DNA of 58,592 nt from Candidatus Bipolaricaulota bacterium (GCA_026982655.1 JALSGO010000100.1:1-58592); one strand, 5' to 3'; positions 42,111 through 52,996 are shown, counted from the first letter of the stretch. Notes: generated by a model not told the origin, from the sequence alone. Program-made: numbers and translations.

Positions 42111-42819
42111 CGGCAGGGCCGGGTGGGCAGAGGGCCCACGCCACCCAGAACGCTCCCCTCCGTAGGGCCAGCGCAGACACCCAGAGTGTTTGACCGCCGG
42201 ATACGGGACCGCGTTCGGGAGCGTAGCGAATCGCGGCTCGGAACCGGAGGCGATCGTTCCCGGAATCCGGTGCGGAGGGAACGAGGGAGACGATCTGGAG
42301 CGCGCGGGGCGTCCATACGGCTCTCCCACCCAGACGGGGGCCGAGGGCCTTAAACGCCGCCTCCTTGAGGGTCCATACGGCGAGGGGGTCGATACGACGC
42401 AGGACGCTTCGCTCGTGGGGGTGCAGAACGCGCTCTGCCCAGCGTGGATGGAGCCGCCTGCGGCGTTCCAAGTCGACTCCAAGGGATCCTTCTCCGGGAC
42501 CCGCAAGTCCCGCAAGCCCTTGGTGCTTCCAATGGGAGATCGACAACGACCCCTCCGCCGGCTCTCCCAAGATCCGCCCCCGGACGCCCCCCCATGCGGT
42601 CCGTTCGATCTCTACTTCCCAAGGTCGTACCTCTATGCCCCAGGCCCTCTCCGCGTGCTCTTGTAAGAGGGCCTTGGCCGCCAAGCGTCCCGCCAGCCAC
42701 CCCGACCGTCGTCGCGGAGCGAGGCACTCGTAGATCGCCCGTTCTTGTGCCGAGAGCCACCGCTCCCCCTCCCGGAGCGATCCCTCGCTTCCTACCGATC
42801 GAACACGCAGCTGCGGCAT
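42046..42819 (-). CDS. 4'-phosphopantetheinyl transferase (Sfp-type)
   Basis: ORF trimmed to ATG 42819, which follows GGAGG. Blocks WLAGRLAAKAL, SISH, GVDLE and WTLKEAAFKA. The 3' end overlaps the convergent 41742-42110 gene by 65 nt. Confidence 0.75.
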   Translation of the reverse strand: MPQLRVRSVGSEGSLREGERWLSAQERAIYECLAPRRRSGWLAGRLAAKALLQEHAERAWGIEVRPWEVEIERTAWGGVRGRILGEPAEGSLSISHWKHQGLAGLAGPGEGSLGVDLERRRRLHPRWAERVLHPHERSVLRRIDPLAVWTLKEAAFKALGPRLGGRAVWTPRALQIVSLVPSAPDSGNDRLRFRAAIRYAPERGPVSGGQTLWVSALALRRGAFWVAWALCPPGPAVSEGPTRAAGGREVVLPDPGP

Positions 42820-42950
42820 AAGCCTCCCCTCTCCGGTACCGGAAGTATACCTTCTCGTGGGAGAATTGCCCCGGCATCTCGGGCTCGAGATGCGGATTCT
42901 GACCGAGGTCATGGTGCGGCCCGCCCGGCGAGGGTAAACTTGACTCATCG

Positions 42951-42963
42951 GTCGAAATTCGAC
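42951..42963. promoter_or_regulatory. 13-nt perfect palindrome, candidate TetR operator
   Basis: GTCGAA-A-TTCGAC lies 14 nt upstream of the TetR gene ATG (42977), in the divergent PPTase/TetR intergenic region. Confidence 0.4.
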
Positions 42964-42976
42964 GGGAGAGTCCATC

Positions 42977-43612
42977 ATGGGGGTCGCCGAGCGGAGGCAA
43001 CAGGAGAAAGAGGAGCGGATTCGGCGGATCTTGCAGGCGGCTTTGCGCGTCTTCGCTCACGAGGGGCTGCAGCCGGCTACGGTGGAGGCCATCGCCCGGG
43101 AGGCCGAGCTGGGCAAGGGGACCATCTACTACTATTTCCCCTCCAAGGAGGCCTTGCTGGAAGAGCTGATCGCAGGCCTTTCCGAGGACTACTTCCACGG
43201 CCTGTTGGAGGGGGCTCGAGGGGAGAAGACGCCCCTGGGGATCGCCCAAGGGGTCCTCGGACAGCTCTTAGAGCAGTACCGACGCGAGCCGGAGCGATTT
43301 CGTGTGCTGTACATGGTCCTGGGGGAGCCGGAGCCCCGGCCGCACCGGGCCTTGCAGACCTTCGTCGAGGCGCATTTCCGCTGGTTGCGGGAGCTGCGGG
43401 CGGCAGTAGAAGGGGTGCTCGAAGACCACGGCGTCCCCGTGGATTCTTTCCTCTACCTCGTGGGGACCTATTGCCACGGCGTCCTGTTCGAAGCCGTGGC
43501 CGGCCGGCCGCCGGACCGCTTGCAGGAGGAGGCTTGTCGTGCCCTGGCCGCCTTTCTGACATCCCCGTCGACGGGGACGGGGGAGGGGCCGAACGACGCC
43601 CGGAGTGCGTAA
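42977..43612 (+). CDS. TetR-family transcriptional regulator
   Basis: N-terminal HTH ILQAALRVFAHEGLQPATVEAIAREAELGKGTIYYYFPSKEAL. Confidence 0.9.
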   Translation: MGVAERRQQEKEERIRRILQAALRVFAHEGLQPATVEAIAREAELGKGTIYYYFPSKEALLEELIAGLSEDYFHGLLEGARGEKTPLGIAQGVLGQLLEQYRREPERFRVLYMVLGEPEPRPHRALQTFVEAHFRWLRELRAAVEGVLEDHGVPVDSFLYLVGTYCHGVLFEAVAGRPPDRLQEEACRALAAFLTSPSTGTGEGPNDARSA

Positions 43613-43682
43613 GGACGCAGACGGAGACGGAACGTGAGGAGGGCACTCAACGAGAAGACGAAAGGAGAAGGAGGCGGTATCG

Positions 43683-44663
43683 TTGCAGACGAGTCGAATC
43701 CGGTGGATGCGGTTGGGAGCGCTGGTGGGCGTGCTCAGCGCGGGCTTGCTCGTCCTGCCGGCGGGCGCGGAGGGCGGTCTGATCATGGACGAGATCCTCG
43801 TGCGCTACCCCGCAGGCTTTACCCGAGCCCTCGCCTGGGACGTGGGGCCTGCGTTGGTCGACCCCGAGCTCCAAGCGGGGCTCATCGAGCCGCTGCGGGC
43901 GGCGAACCACCCCTTGGCAGGGCTCGTGCGCACGATCGAGTTCTTCCGTATCTCTCCGGAACAGGTTGCCTACGTCGTCCACGGGCAGGGGCCGGAGGTC
44001 TCCAGCTTCTCCCAGATCGTCGGTCCCGGTCGGGACCGGTGGATGGGGGCTCTTCGCGGACTCCAGGCCGCTGCCCAAGCACCCAACAGCCCCTTTACCC
44101 GCTTCGAGTGGGAGACGCTCGACGGGGTATCGGTGGCCTTCGTGGAGGGGACCTTCGGACCGGTGGCTCTGGAGTGGGCGTACATCCCGACGGAGGGGAC
44201 CTTGTGGATCGGCACCGAGGTCGCCTTCCTGCCCGGGCGGCCGGATGAGGAAAGACTGCGCAAGACCACGCGGCGCATGGTCGACAAGCTCCTCGGCCGC
44301 CGGACGGCCGGAACCTTCTCCGAGCTGGCCGTTGCCGTATCGGTGCGGGGTGGGGATCTGGGCTTTGTGCGCCTCACGGAGCCGCAAGATCGGCCCCAGG
44401 AGCCCGGAGAACAAGCTATGGGATTCCGCATGACCGTTGGGCCCGAGGACGTCGTAGGGCGGTTCGTCCTGCGCTTTGCCTCTCGGGCAGACGCCCAGGC
44501 TGCTGCCCAACGCCTCCGGGAGGGGACGAGCCCCTACCTCGCCCAGGACCTCTATCGAGCGGAGCTCGTGGGCCTGCAGCAGGAGGGGCGGACCCTCCTC
44601 GTGGAGGTTCAAACGGACCTTCGCGGCCTGGTTGGGCTCCTCCTGCTGGTGATGCCCTTCTAG
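43683..44663 (+). CDS. secreted hypothetical protein upstream of the MMPL gene
   Basis: TTG 43683 lies 8 nt after GGAGG (43670-43674); the alternative start is ATG 43707. Signal peptide MRLGALVGVLSAGLLVLPAGA. I recognise no family. Confidence 0.6.
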   Translation: MQTSRIRWMRLGALVGVLSAGLLVLPAGAEGGLIMDEILVRYPAGFTRALAWDVGPALVDPELQAGLIEPLRAANHPLAGLVRTIEFFRISPEQVAYVVHGQGPEVSSFSQIVGPGRDRWMGALRGLQAAAQAPNSPFTRFEWETLDGVSVAFVEGTFGPVALEWAYIPTEGTLWIGTEVAFLPGRPDEERLRKTTRRMVDKLLGRRTAGTFSELAVAVSVRGGDLGFVRLTEPQDRPQEPGEQAMGFRMTVGPEDVVGRFVLRFASRADAQAAAQRLREGTSPYLAQDLYRAELVGLQQEGRTLLVEVQTDLRGLVGLLLLVMPF

Positions 44664-44674
44664 GCCTACGCGAG

Positions 44675-47326
44675 ATGACGCCCGAGAAGGGGGCACCGGA
44701 GCGGCGACGCGCACGACGCTGGGAGGACCTTTTCGGTCAAGGGGCGGCGTTGGCAGAGCGCCGCCCCCGCCTCTTGCTCGTAGGCGTGCTGCTGCTGACG
44801 GTCTTCTTTGCCACACAGCTCCCTCGAGTCCGGGTCACCTACGACCCGCTTGCCTTTCTCCCCCCCACAGAGCGCGTAGAACTCTTCCGTTGGGTGGAGC
44901 GGACGTTCGGCGTGGGAAGCTTCTCCCATCGAGTGGTGGTGCGCCTCGCCCCTCGACCGGGGTACTCGGTGGAGCACCCCCAGGCCCTTCGCGAGATGGA
45001 AGCCGTCCTCCAAGGCCTGCGGCGGGTGCCCGGCGTCCTCCGGGCTCAAGGGCTTCCGGACCTGGTGAAGTTCGTCCGTCAGGAGCTCTATGGCGGCGAT
45101 CGCCGCTATGCCGTCCTCCCCCCTGACGAGGGACCGGACGAGCGCGGCTACACCCTCTCCGACCTGATCCGCCTCACCTTCCAGCGTATGACCTTGGCTC
45201 AGCAATTCGTATCGCCCCAAGGGACGGCGCTGATCACGGCTACCCTCGCTCCGGAGGTCGACCTCCGGGCGGCAGCCCGTGCCCTGCAGGAGGTGCTAGG
45301 CTCCATCCAACGGGAGGCCCAGGCGCTCCGGATCGACGTCCTCAGCTACGGGCAAACCCTGAACGTCTTCCAAGACCTCACCCGCCGAGACCTCCAGAGG
45401 CTCCTCCCGGCGGTCGCGGCGCTCGTAGTCGGGGTGCTCCTGTGGGTGTTCCGCCTCACCCGGCGTCGAGAGCTCGTGGCGGCCTCCGGCTTGGTGCTGA
45501 CCGTGGCGGCCTTGGCGTGGGGCCCCCTCTTGCTCCCGCTGCCTCCAGGCGGGGTGCTCGCATGGGAAGCGATGGGCTCGATCGTCCTGGGAGGGGTCCT
45601 CGCCAAGACGTTCCGTCCCCTGGTCAACCTGTACCTGCCCCTGCTGGTCGTGGGGGTGTCCGGGGTGTGGACCTTCGGGGCCCTGGGCGCGCTCGGCCTT
45701 CCCTTTACCTTCCTCATGGTTGCCGTGGTTCCGCTGCTCCTTGGGGTGGGCATCGACGATGCTCTCCACCTCCTCCACCGCTACGAGGAGGAGCGGGGCA
45801 AGGGGCGATCGAGCTCGGAGGCGATGGGAATCGCGCTCCGCCGCACGGGGCGGGCCCTGCTCCTCACCACGCTGACGACCGCAGCGGGGTTCGCCGCGCT
45901 GCTCGGGGCGCCCAGCCCTCCCCTTCAGGCCTTCGGACTGCTGGCCGCAGGCGCGATGATCAGTGCGTTCCTCGTCACCGTTGCCCTGGTTCCCCCGCTT
46001 AAGGTCCTCCTCCCACAGGCCCGGCCCGCAAACGGACATCCGCGTCCTCGGCGGAGCGGGCTCAGCCGCCTTCTGGCCGCGTACGCTCGGGGAACGGCTC
46101 GACCGGGGATCGCAGGGGGAGTTCTCCTCCTCGCACTCCTGCTAGGATTCCTCGGCTATGGGGAAGGGTGGGCCTTTCCAACGTATAGTGTGGACTACCG
46201 CCGCTTCCTCCCCCCTGACCACCCTCTCGCCCAGCTCTACACGCGGGTCAACCGCGAGTTCCGCCCCTACGAGGAGGTCCAGATCGTGCTTCGAGGCGAT
46301 CTGCTGCGCTGGCCCGCCCTGCGGCTGCTCCTGTACGACGCTCCCTCCGCTTTGGCCGGGTCTCCCTACGCCCAGGGCATGGTGAGCTTCGTGCAGGTCT
46401 TAGAAGACCTGCGCACGACCAACGCGGACCTGAACGCGGGGTTCTCCGAACGGTTCCCGGATGACCCCGAAGGAGCGTATCGCTGGCTCCTGGCGACGGC
46501 ATGGGCGGAGGAGCGTCTCCGAGCGCGCTTGGTCCCCTATGTGCGCCCTCTTCCCGACGGCTCCCTGGAAGCGGTGGTGCGGATCAACACCCTCCGCTTC
46601 ACGGATTCGGAGGGGATCTCCCGCCTCACCCGGGATCTGAGCCGACGCCTGGAGCCCCTTCTGCGCCGATGGGAGGCTTTCGGGATCGAGGCTCGGGTGA
46701 CGGGGACGCCGTACTTGGAGGAGATCGGTCTCGCTGCCCTACGCCGGTCCTTCACCCGATCCCTGCTCCTATCGTTTGTCCTCTGCTTCGGGGTGCTGGC
46801 GTGGGCCTTTCGGTCGATGCGATGGGCCCTCCTCGCTCTGAGCCCCGCGGTGCTGACGACGGGCATCGTGTTGGGGAGCGTGCGACTCGCCCATATCGAG
46901 CTCAACGTGGCAACGGCCGTGGTGGCCGCGCTCTCGCTGGGGTTGGGAATCGACTACGCCATCCACCTCCTCCATCGCTTCCGCGAAGAGCGCTCTTTGG
47001 AGGTGGCCGTCGCCCGTACCGGCGAGGCCCTCTCGGCGGCGTTCGTGACCACGTCGAGTGCCTTCTTGGCCTTGCTCGGGGGGCAGATCGCATGGAATCG
47101 GGATTTCGGTCTGCTCGTGGGGCTGGCGGTCGCGCTGGCCTTTGCGACCGCAGTCCTCTTCCTTCCGGCCCTCCTGCGTTTTGTCCCCCCGCCCTTCCCG
47201 GCGTCGAATCCGACCTCCGCCGCCGCTTGGGCCCCCCGCCGGATCGGGCTTCGGACGAGAGAAGCTACGCCCCCGGTCGGATTGCCCCACCGGGGGTCGA
47301 ATCCTTCCAAGGAGGAATCCCTATGA
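44675..47326 (+). CDS. MMPL/RND-superfamily membrane transporter
   Basis: Duplicated 6-TM units, each carrying the GVGIDDALHLLHRYEEER / GLGIDYAIHLLHRFREER motif typical of MMPL/SSD proteins. Confidence 0.9.
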   Translation: MTPEKGAPERRRARRWEDLFGQGAALAERRPRLLLVGVLLLTVFFATQLPRVRVTYDPLAFLPPTERVELFRWVERTFGVGSFSHRVVVRLAPRPGYSVEHPQALREMEAVLQGLRRVPGVLRAQGLPDLVKFVRQELYGGDRRYAVLPPDEGPDERGYTLSDLIRLTFQRMTLAQQFVSPQGTALITATLAPEVDLRAAARALQEVLGSIQREAQALRIDVLSYGQTLNVFQDLTRRDLQRLLPAVAALVVGVLLWVFRLTRRRELVAASGLVLTVAALAWGPLLLPLPPGGVLAWEAMGSIVLGGVLAKTFRPLVNLYLPLLVVGVSGVWTFGALGALGLPFTFLMVAVVPLLLGVGIDDALHLLHRYEEERGKGRSSSEAMGIALRRTGRALLLTTLTTAAGFAALLGAPSPPLQAFGLLAAGAMISAFLVTVALVPPLKVLLPQARPANGHPRPRRSGLSRLLAAYARGTARPGIAGGVLLLALLLGFLGYGEGWAFPTYSVDYRRFLPPDHPLAQLYTRVNREFRPYEEVQIVLRGDLLRWPALRLLLYDAPSALAGSPYAQGMVSFVQVLEDLRTTNADLNAGFSERFPDDPEGAYRWLLATAWAEERLRARLVPYVRPLPDGSLEAVVRINTLRFTDSEGISRLTRDLSRRLEPLLRRWEAFGIEARVTGTPYLEEIGLAALRRSFTRSLLLSFVLCFGVLAWAFRSMRWALLALSPAVLTTGIVLGSVRLAHIELNVATAVVAALSLGLGIDYAIHLLHRFREERSLEVAVARTGEALSAAFVTTSSAFLALLGGQIAWNRDFGLLVGLAVALAFATAVLFLPALLRFVPPPFPASNPTSAAAWAPRRIGLRTREATPPVGLPHRGSNPSKEESL

Positions 47327-48318
47327 ATCGAAACGTCGCGTGGGTGCTGCTGCTCGTCGGGTTGATCGCCCTTCCGGGGGGGGCGGGATCGCTGTGGGCT
47401 CAGGACGACGATGGGGACGGCCTCTCCGCCGAGCAAGAGGCGATCCTGGGCACGGATCCTGCCCGAGCCGACACGGACGGGGACGGCCTCCTCGACGGCG
47501 ACGAGTACTTCCTCTACTTCACCAACCCCCTGGAGGAGGACACGGACCGGGACGGCATCCCCGACGGAGAGGACCGCTATCCCTTCGAGCTCTTCTACCG
47601 GGATCTCAACGGGATCACGACCACCGTGGACCGGATCGTCGCCGGCCCGGAGGGCTTACGGTTGCGCCAGCTCGTGGAGATCAAGGTGGGAAACGTCATC
47701 ACCGTCGACTGGACCAACGTCCTGCAGGAGGACTTTACCCTGCAGGAAGCGGAATTTCTCATCCGATTTGACTTCCTCGACCCGACGCGCGAGGACTTCG
47801 TGGGCGAGGGGTATTATCGCCCCCGGAAGGGCGAGAACGGGGAATCGCTCATGGAGATCCGCCTGCCCAGTTACGAAGGGATCTTCGAGGCCGTGATCCC
47901 CTGGCCGGGGAACGCGATGACGATCTCCGACTGGGTCTATCGCTTTTATGACCGCCCCTTGGAGGTGGGCCAACGCTGGGCCTTCAACGTCTTCTACCAC
48001 GAACTGCTCCGCTGGGGGGAGGACCCCTTCTTCTCGGTGACGGCCGAGGTCGTCGCGGAAGTCTCGATGCCTTTGGACACCCGCCTGGGGCGTCGGGAGT
48101 ATCCCGCGTACGAGATCCGCGCCGTCTTTCGACACGCCCCCTTTCAGGACCCCTTCTTCCGCACGCAGTTGGGGGAGAACCCCGAACTCGTCCTGCAGGC
48201 CTTCCTCACCCGGGGGGAAGGAGCCCGCGCCCCGGTGGTGCTGCGCTACACGACCCTCTTCTTCCGGGTAACCCCCACGAAGTCCGTGGGCTTTTCCGTC
48301 TTCCAGGTACAGCGATAG
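47323..48318 (+). CDS. secreted protein with thrombospondin type-3-like calcium-binding repeats and a C-terminal beta-rich domain
   Basis: ATG 47323 overlaps the MMPL stop (ATGA). Has a signal peptide. Repeats DDDGDGLS, DTDGDGLLDGDE, DTDRDGIPDGED. Confidence 0.7.
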   Translation: MNRNVAWVLLLVGLIALPGGAGSLWAQDDDGDGLSAEQEAILGTDPARADTDGDGLLDGDEYFLYFTNPLEEDTDRDGIPDGEDRYPFELFYRDLNGITTTVDRIVAGPEGLRLRQLVEIKVGNVITVDWTNVLQEDFTLQEAEFLIRFDFLDPTREDFVGEGYYRPRKGENGESLMEIRLPSYEGIFEAVIPWPGNAMTISDWVYRFYDRPLEVGQRWAFNVFYHELLRWGEDPFFSVTAEVVAEVSMPLDTRLGRREYPAYEIRAVFRHAPFQDPFFRTQLGENPELVLQAFLTRGEGARAPVVLRYTTLFFRVTPTKSVGFSVFQVQR

Positions 48319-48431
48319 CGCCGCTGCCGAGGAGCGCAGCACGGGTCCCCTCCCGCGCCGCGCGCCCCGTCCGTGCGTCGCACCGTGCGTCGAACGGTGG
48401 AACGGCAAAGGCAACGGCGAAGGCAAAGGGC

Positions 48432-49181
<750 letters not shown>

Positions 49182-49243
49182 GGTCACCGTCACCCGTCCT
49201 TTTCGATTGTAGTTTCGCAGACCCCCCGGTGCCAGCCTCGGGC

Positions 49244-50497
49244 TCAGCGTTCTCCCACCCCGAGGGCCCGCTCGAGCTTCCGGCTCATGTGGCTCATAAA
49301 GTAGGTGAAGAACCAGTAGACCAACGCCACGAAGAGGAGCATCTCCCGGGCCGGGCCGCCCCACTTGGGGTTCTCTAGGACGTCGAGAGCGATGCCGAGG
49401 AAGTCCAAAAGGGGCACGATGAACACGAGCGAGGTGTCCTTAAACAGCGCGATGAACTGCCCCACGTTGGCCGGGATGACCGCCCGCAGCGCCTGAGGGA
49501 GGACGACGAGCAGGGTGGTCAGAACCGGCCCCAAGCCCAAGGCCTGAGCGGCCTCGATCTGTCCCTTGGGGACGGATTGGAGTCCCCCGCGGACGTTCTC
49601 GGCGACATAGGCGGCGGTAAAGAGCGTGAACGCCGCAATCGCCCGCAGGACCTTGTTGATCTCCCACCCGCTGGGCAAAAAGAGCGGGAGCATGAGAGAG
49701 GCCATAAACAAGACGGTGACCAACGGAACTCCGCGTACGATCTCGATGTAGACGATGCAGGTCCAGCGGATCACGGGGAGCGAACTCTGCCGTCCTAGCG
49801 CGAGCAGCACCCCCAAGGGGAAGCAGAGGACGATGCTCACGACGGCCAGGGAGAACGTCAACAACAGGCCTCCCCAGCGCGCGACGGGGACCTCGGCCCA
49901 CAGCTCTCCTCCGGGGACCCCCCTCAGGAGGAGCACCGCTCCGATCGGTAGGAGGAGCCATCCGCCGCCGACGACCCGTTTCCCCCAGCGGAGGAGGAGC
50001 ACCGGGGCTCGGGCCCGCAGCCACCCGCCGACGACGGCCCCCCCGAGGAGCAGCAGGAGAAGGCCTCCGAGCAGACCGCGCTCTCCCCACCCCGCCAGCA
50101 GGAGCCCCCCGAGGAGCACCCCTACCCCGGCACCGAGCAGGACGGCGGCTTCGCGCAGCAGGCCTCCCCACAGACCTGCGCTCAGCCCTAGAAGCACGAC
50201 CGTCCCGTAGAGCACGGCCCAGACGCGCCCCAGCTCCTCCTCGGGATAGAAGCCCACCAGGAGCAACTTCAGGGAGGCCGGGATGACCGCCCAGTTCGCC
50301 TCCGTAACGGCCCAGGTCAGCACGCCCTTCCCCACGACGTAGAGGAGCGCTAGCGCCCCCACCGTGAGCGCCGAGTTCCACCAGGAGCTAAAGAGGTTTT
50401 CGCGCAGCCATCGCAGCGGTCCGACCCGCACCGTCGGCGGCGGGAGGACTTCGCCTCCGTAGGGTTTCGTTCTCGTCTCCGCAGGGACGTCGGCCAT
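49244..50497 (-). CDS. amino-acid ABC transporter permease, long form (AapM-like)
   Basis: Multi-TM protein. EAA-type block [25 protein letters not shown]. Confidence 0.85.
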   Translation of the reverse strand: MADVPAETRTKPYGGEVLPPPTVRVGPLRWLRENLFSSWWNSALTVGALALLYVVGKGVLTWAVTEANWAVIPASLKLLLVGFYPEEELGRVWAVLYGTVVLLGLSAGLWGGLLREAAVLLGAGVGVLLGGLLLAGWGERGLLGGLLLLLLGGAVVGGWLRARAPVLLLRWGKRVVGGGWLLLPIGAVLLLRGVPGGELWAEVPVARWGGLLLTFSLAVVSIVLCFPLGVLLALGRQSSLPVIRWTCIVYIEIVRGVPLVTVLFMASLMLPLFLPSGWEINKVLRAIAAFTLFTAAYVAENVRGGLQSVPKGQIEAAQALGLGPVLTTLLVVLPQALRAVIPANVGQFIALFKDTSLVFIVPLLDFLGIALDVLENPKWGGPAREMLLFVALVYWFFTYFMSHMSRKLERALGVGER

Positions 50498-50502
50498 AGG
50501 GA

Positions 50503-51726
50503 TCAGCGCTCCACTAACCGAATGCGGCGGTTGTACCAGTTCATGAACAGCGAGGTCAGCAGGCTCAGCGAGAGGTAGCTGGCCATGATGACCAAGATCA
50601 TCTCCACCTCACGGCCGGTCTTGTTGATGATCGTGTTGGCCACGTTGAAGAGGTCCGGATAGCCGATGGCGACGGCCAGACTGGAGTTCTTCGCCAGGTT
50701 GAGGTACTGGCTCGTCACCGGCGGGACGATCACCCGCAGCGCCTGGGGGAGAATCACCCGTCGCAGGGTCTGATAGCCCGTAAGCCCTAAGGCCAAGGCC
50801 GCCTCGCGCTGCCCCTTGGAGACGGCCAGGATCCCCCCGCGCACGATCTCCGCGATGAAGGCTCCCGTATAGACCACAAGCCCCAACAACAGGGCGGCGA
50901 ACTCCGGGCTGAGCTGCATCCCGCCTCGGAAGTTGAAGCGCCCCAACTCGGCGACCTCCCAGGCCACGGGGGGCACAGGGGCCGCCACCCACCCCGCGAC
51001 GGCGAAGAGGGCGAGCACCCCGAATCCCCACAGCCCCGGGGCCCCCGGGCGGTCCACCCTCTTGAGGTGAACCCGTCGGGCGAGGTAGACGAAGATCCCC
51101 AGGACCAGACCGATCCACAGGAACGTCCCCCAAAGGGAGGCCCCTTCGGTCAGATAGGGCCGGGGGAGGACCAGCCCCCGCTGGCTGAGGAAGATCGCCC
51201 CCGGAAGCTCCACGGCTTGACGCACGGGCGGGAGCTGCAGGAAGGTGGCCGTGTACCAGAAGAAGAGCTGCACCAAGAGCGGAGTGTTGCGGATCGTCTC
51301 CACGTAGACGGTGGCGATCCGCTGGATGAGCCAGTTGCGGGAGAGCCGGGCCACCCCGGCGATGAGCCCCAAGAGGGAGGCGAGGACGATCCCCACCCCG
51401 ATGACCCGCAGCGTGTTCACCACGCCGGCCAGGAAGAGCTTCCAGTTCGGGTCCGTCCGATCGTGCGGGATCCCTTCGGAGAGCGTAAATCCGGCCGTCG
51501 TGGAGAAGAAATCGTATCCAAACCGAAGGTCCTCCGTGTTCTCTCGGTAGTTCGTGTAGAGCCAGTAGACGAGCAGCCCGAGGAGTGTCAGGAAGACGCC
51601 CTGGACGAGGGCGCGGAGGACGCGGACGTTCCGCAAGGCCTTGAGAAGGGGTGCGAACACCCCGGCTAAGGAGCGGAGTAAGGGCCGGAGAAACCTTTCG
51701 TGTGCGCGCCTCAGAAATCCTCGCAT
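50503..51726 (-). CDS. amino-acid ABC transporter permease, long form (AapQ-like)
   Basis: Multi-TM protein. EAA-type block REAALALGLTGYQTLRRVILPQALR. Confidence 0.85.
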   Translation of the reverse strand: MRGFLRRAHERFLRPLLRSLAGVFAPLLKALRNVRVLRALVQGVFLTLLGLLVYWLYTNYRENTEDLRFGYDFFSTTAGFTLSEGIPHDRTDPNWKLFLAGVVNTLRVIGVGIVLASLLGLIAGVARLSRNWLIQRIATVYVETIRNTPLLVQLFFWYTATFLQLPPVRQAVELPGAIFLSQRGLVLPRPYLTEGASLWGTFLWIGLVLGIFVYLARRVHLKRVDRPGAPGLWGFGVLALFAVAGWVAAPVPPVAWEVAELGRFNFRGGMQLSPEFAALLLGLVVYTGAFIAEIVRGGILAVSKGQREAALALGLTGYQTLRRVILPQALRVIVPPVTSQYLNLAKNSSLAVAIGYPDLFNVANTIINKTGREVEMILVIMASYLSLSLLTSLFMNWYNRRIRLVER

Positions 51727-51777
51727 GACAAGATCGCGTTTGCGCTCCGTTTACACTTCGATCCCGCGAGAATCAGC

Positions 51778-51821
51778 GAGGGCGCAGCCCGCCTGCAACC
51801 GGCAGTCGGCGCTGCGCCCTC
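51778..51821 (-). promoter_or_regulatory. intercistronic hairpin after the SBP gene
   Basis: gagggcgcagc (51778-51788) pairs perfectly with gctgcgccctc (51811-51821). It lies in the 141-nt gap between the SBP and first permease genes. Confidence 0.5.
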
Positions 51822-51867
51822 CCCTTGAATCGACCGTCGGTCGGGTCTGTGCCGCGTTCGACCCGGT

Positions 51868-52896
51868 TTACCGGAACGGAGGCGAGTAGAGAAGGCCCCC
51901 GTCCTGCCAGAGGGCGTTGAGGCTCCCCTCACGCGGCAGCCCGATGGGGCTGAGGTTTCGAGCGTAGATCTCGCCGTAGTTGCCCACGGTGCGGATGATG
52001 TTGGCGCACCAGTCGTTGCTAAGCCCCAGCTTCTCGCCGAAGTCACCCTCCACTCCCAAGAGGCGGCGGACTCGGGGATCGTCGCTCTGGAGCTGCTGAT
52101 CGACGTTCCCGGAGTGGACCCCCAGCTCCTCAGCCTCTACCGTGCAGAAGACGGTCCACTTCACGATGTCGAACCACCGATCGTCGCCGTGGCGGACCAC
52201 CGGGCCGAGCGGCTCCTTGGAGATGAGCTCGGTGAGAATCTTGTGCTCATCGGGGTTGGAGAGCTTGGTGCGGATTGCCGCCAGCTGGGAGGCGTCGGAG
52301 GTGATCGCGTCGCAGCGGCCCTCGTCGTAGGCCTGGTCGCGCGCGGCGGTCTCGGCGAAGACCAAGGGGGTGTAGTCCAGCCCGCGCTTGGCGAACTCGT
52401 CCGCGAGGTTTTGCTCGGTGGTCGTCCCCTGCAGCACGCAGATGGTGGCCCCGTCCAGGTCGTCGATCGTGTTGACTCCGGAGTCGACCCGCACCATGAA
52501 TCCCTGCCCATCGTAGTAGGTCGTGGGAGCGAAGTTGGTGGTGAGGTCCACGTCCCGGGTGAACGTCCAGGTGGTGTTGCGGATCAGGACGTCGATCTCT
52601 CCGGTGGCCAGGGCGGTGAACCGGGCCGCCGCCGTCAGGGGCCGGTACTCCACGGCGTTGGGGTCGTTGAAGATCGCCACCGCCAGGGCCTTGCAGTAGT
52701 CGATGTCAAAGCCCGAGAAGGTTCCGGTCTCCTCGTCGAGGAACCCGAACCCGGGCACACCGGAGTTGACACCGCAGACGAGTCGACCTCGATCCTGCAC
52801 CGCTCCGAGGGTTCCTCCGTCCTGACCGATGGACGCCAACGGCGCCAACAGGGCTGCTACCGCCAGCACGGCTGCGAGCTTACGGCTACTGCGCAT
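51868..52896 (-). CDS. amino-acid ABC transporter substrate-binding protein (AapJ-like)
   Basis: ATG 52896 follows AGGAGGAGGA. Has a signal peptide. Family-3 SBP blocks GVNSGVPGFGF, DVLIRNTTWT. The gene order SBP-permease-permease-ATPase matches aapJQMP. Confidence 0.9.
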   Translation of the reverse strand: MRSSRKLAAVLAVAALLAPLASIGQDGGTLGAVQDRGRLVCGVNSGVPGFGFLDEETGTFSGFDIDYCKALAVAIFNDPNAVEYRPLTAAARFTALATGEIDVLIRNTTWTFTRDVDLTTNFAPTTYYDGQGFMVRVDSGVNTIDDLDGATICVLQGTTTEQNLADEFAKRGLDYTPLVFAETAARDQAYDEGRCDAITSDASQLAAIRTKLSNPDEHKILTELISKEPLGPVVRHGDDRWFDIVKWTVFCTVEAEELGVHSGNVDQQLQSDDPRVRRLLGVEGDFGEKLGLSNDWCANIIRTVGNYGEIYARNLSPIGLPREGSLNALWQDGGLLYSPPFR

Positions 52897-52927
52897 GATC
52901 TCCTCCTCCTGGGTTTTGAGGTGGCTG

Positions 52928-52957
52928 ATTCTAATGGCTCCTTTCTCGCTTTGTCAA
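52928..52957 (-). promoter_or_regulatory. sigma70-type promoter of the amino-acid ABC operon
   Basis: The minus strand reads TTGACA (52957-52952), an 18-nt spacer, TAGAAT (52933-52928), then a ~30-nt leader containing AGGAGGAGGA. Confidence 0.6.
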
Positions 52958-52996
52958 CTCGTGCCCGCCCCGGGCCCGAGGGCCGACGGGGTGGAG

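Noticed and set aside
42940-42945. TTGACT upstream of the TetR gene as a -35 box.
   Set aside because: No acceptable -10 hexamer lies 16-19 nt downstream; the sequence there is cgggag. Only the adjacent palindrome is reported.
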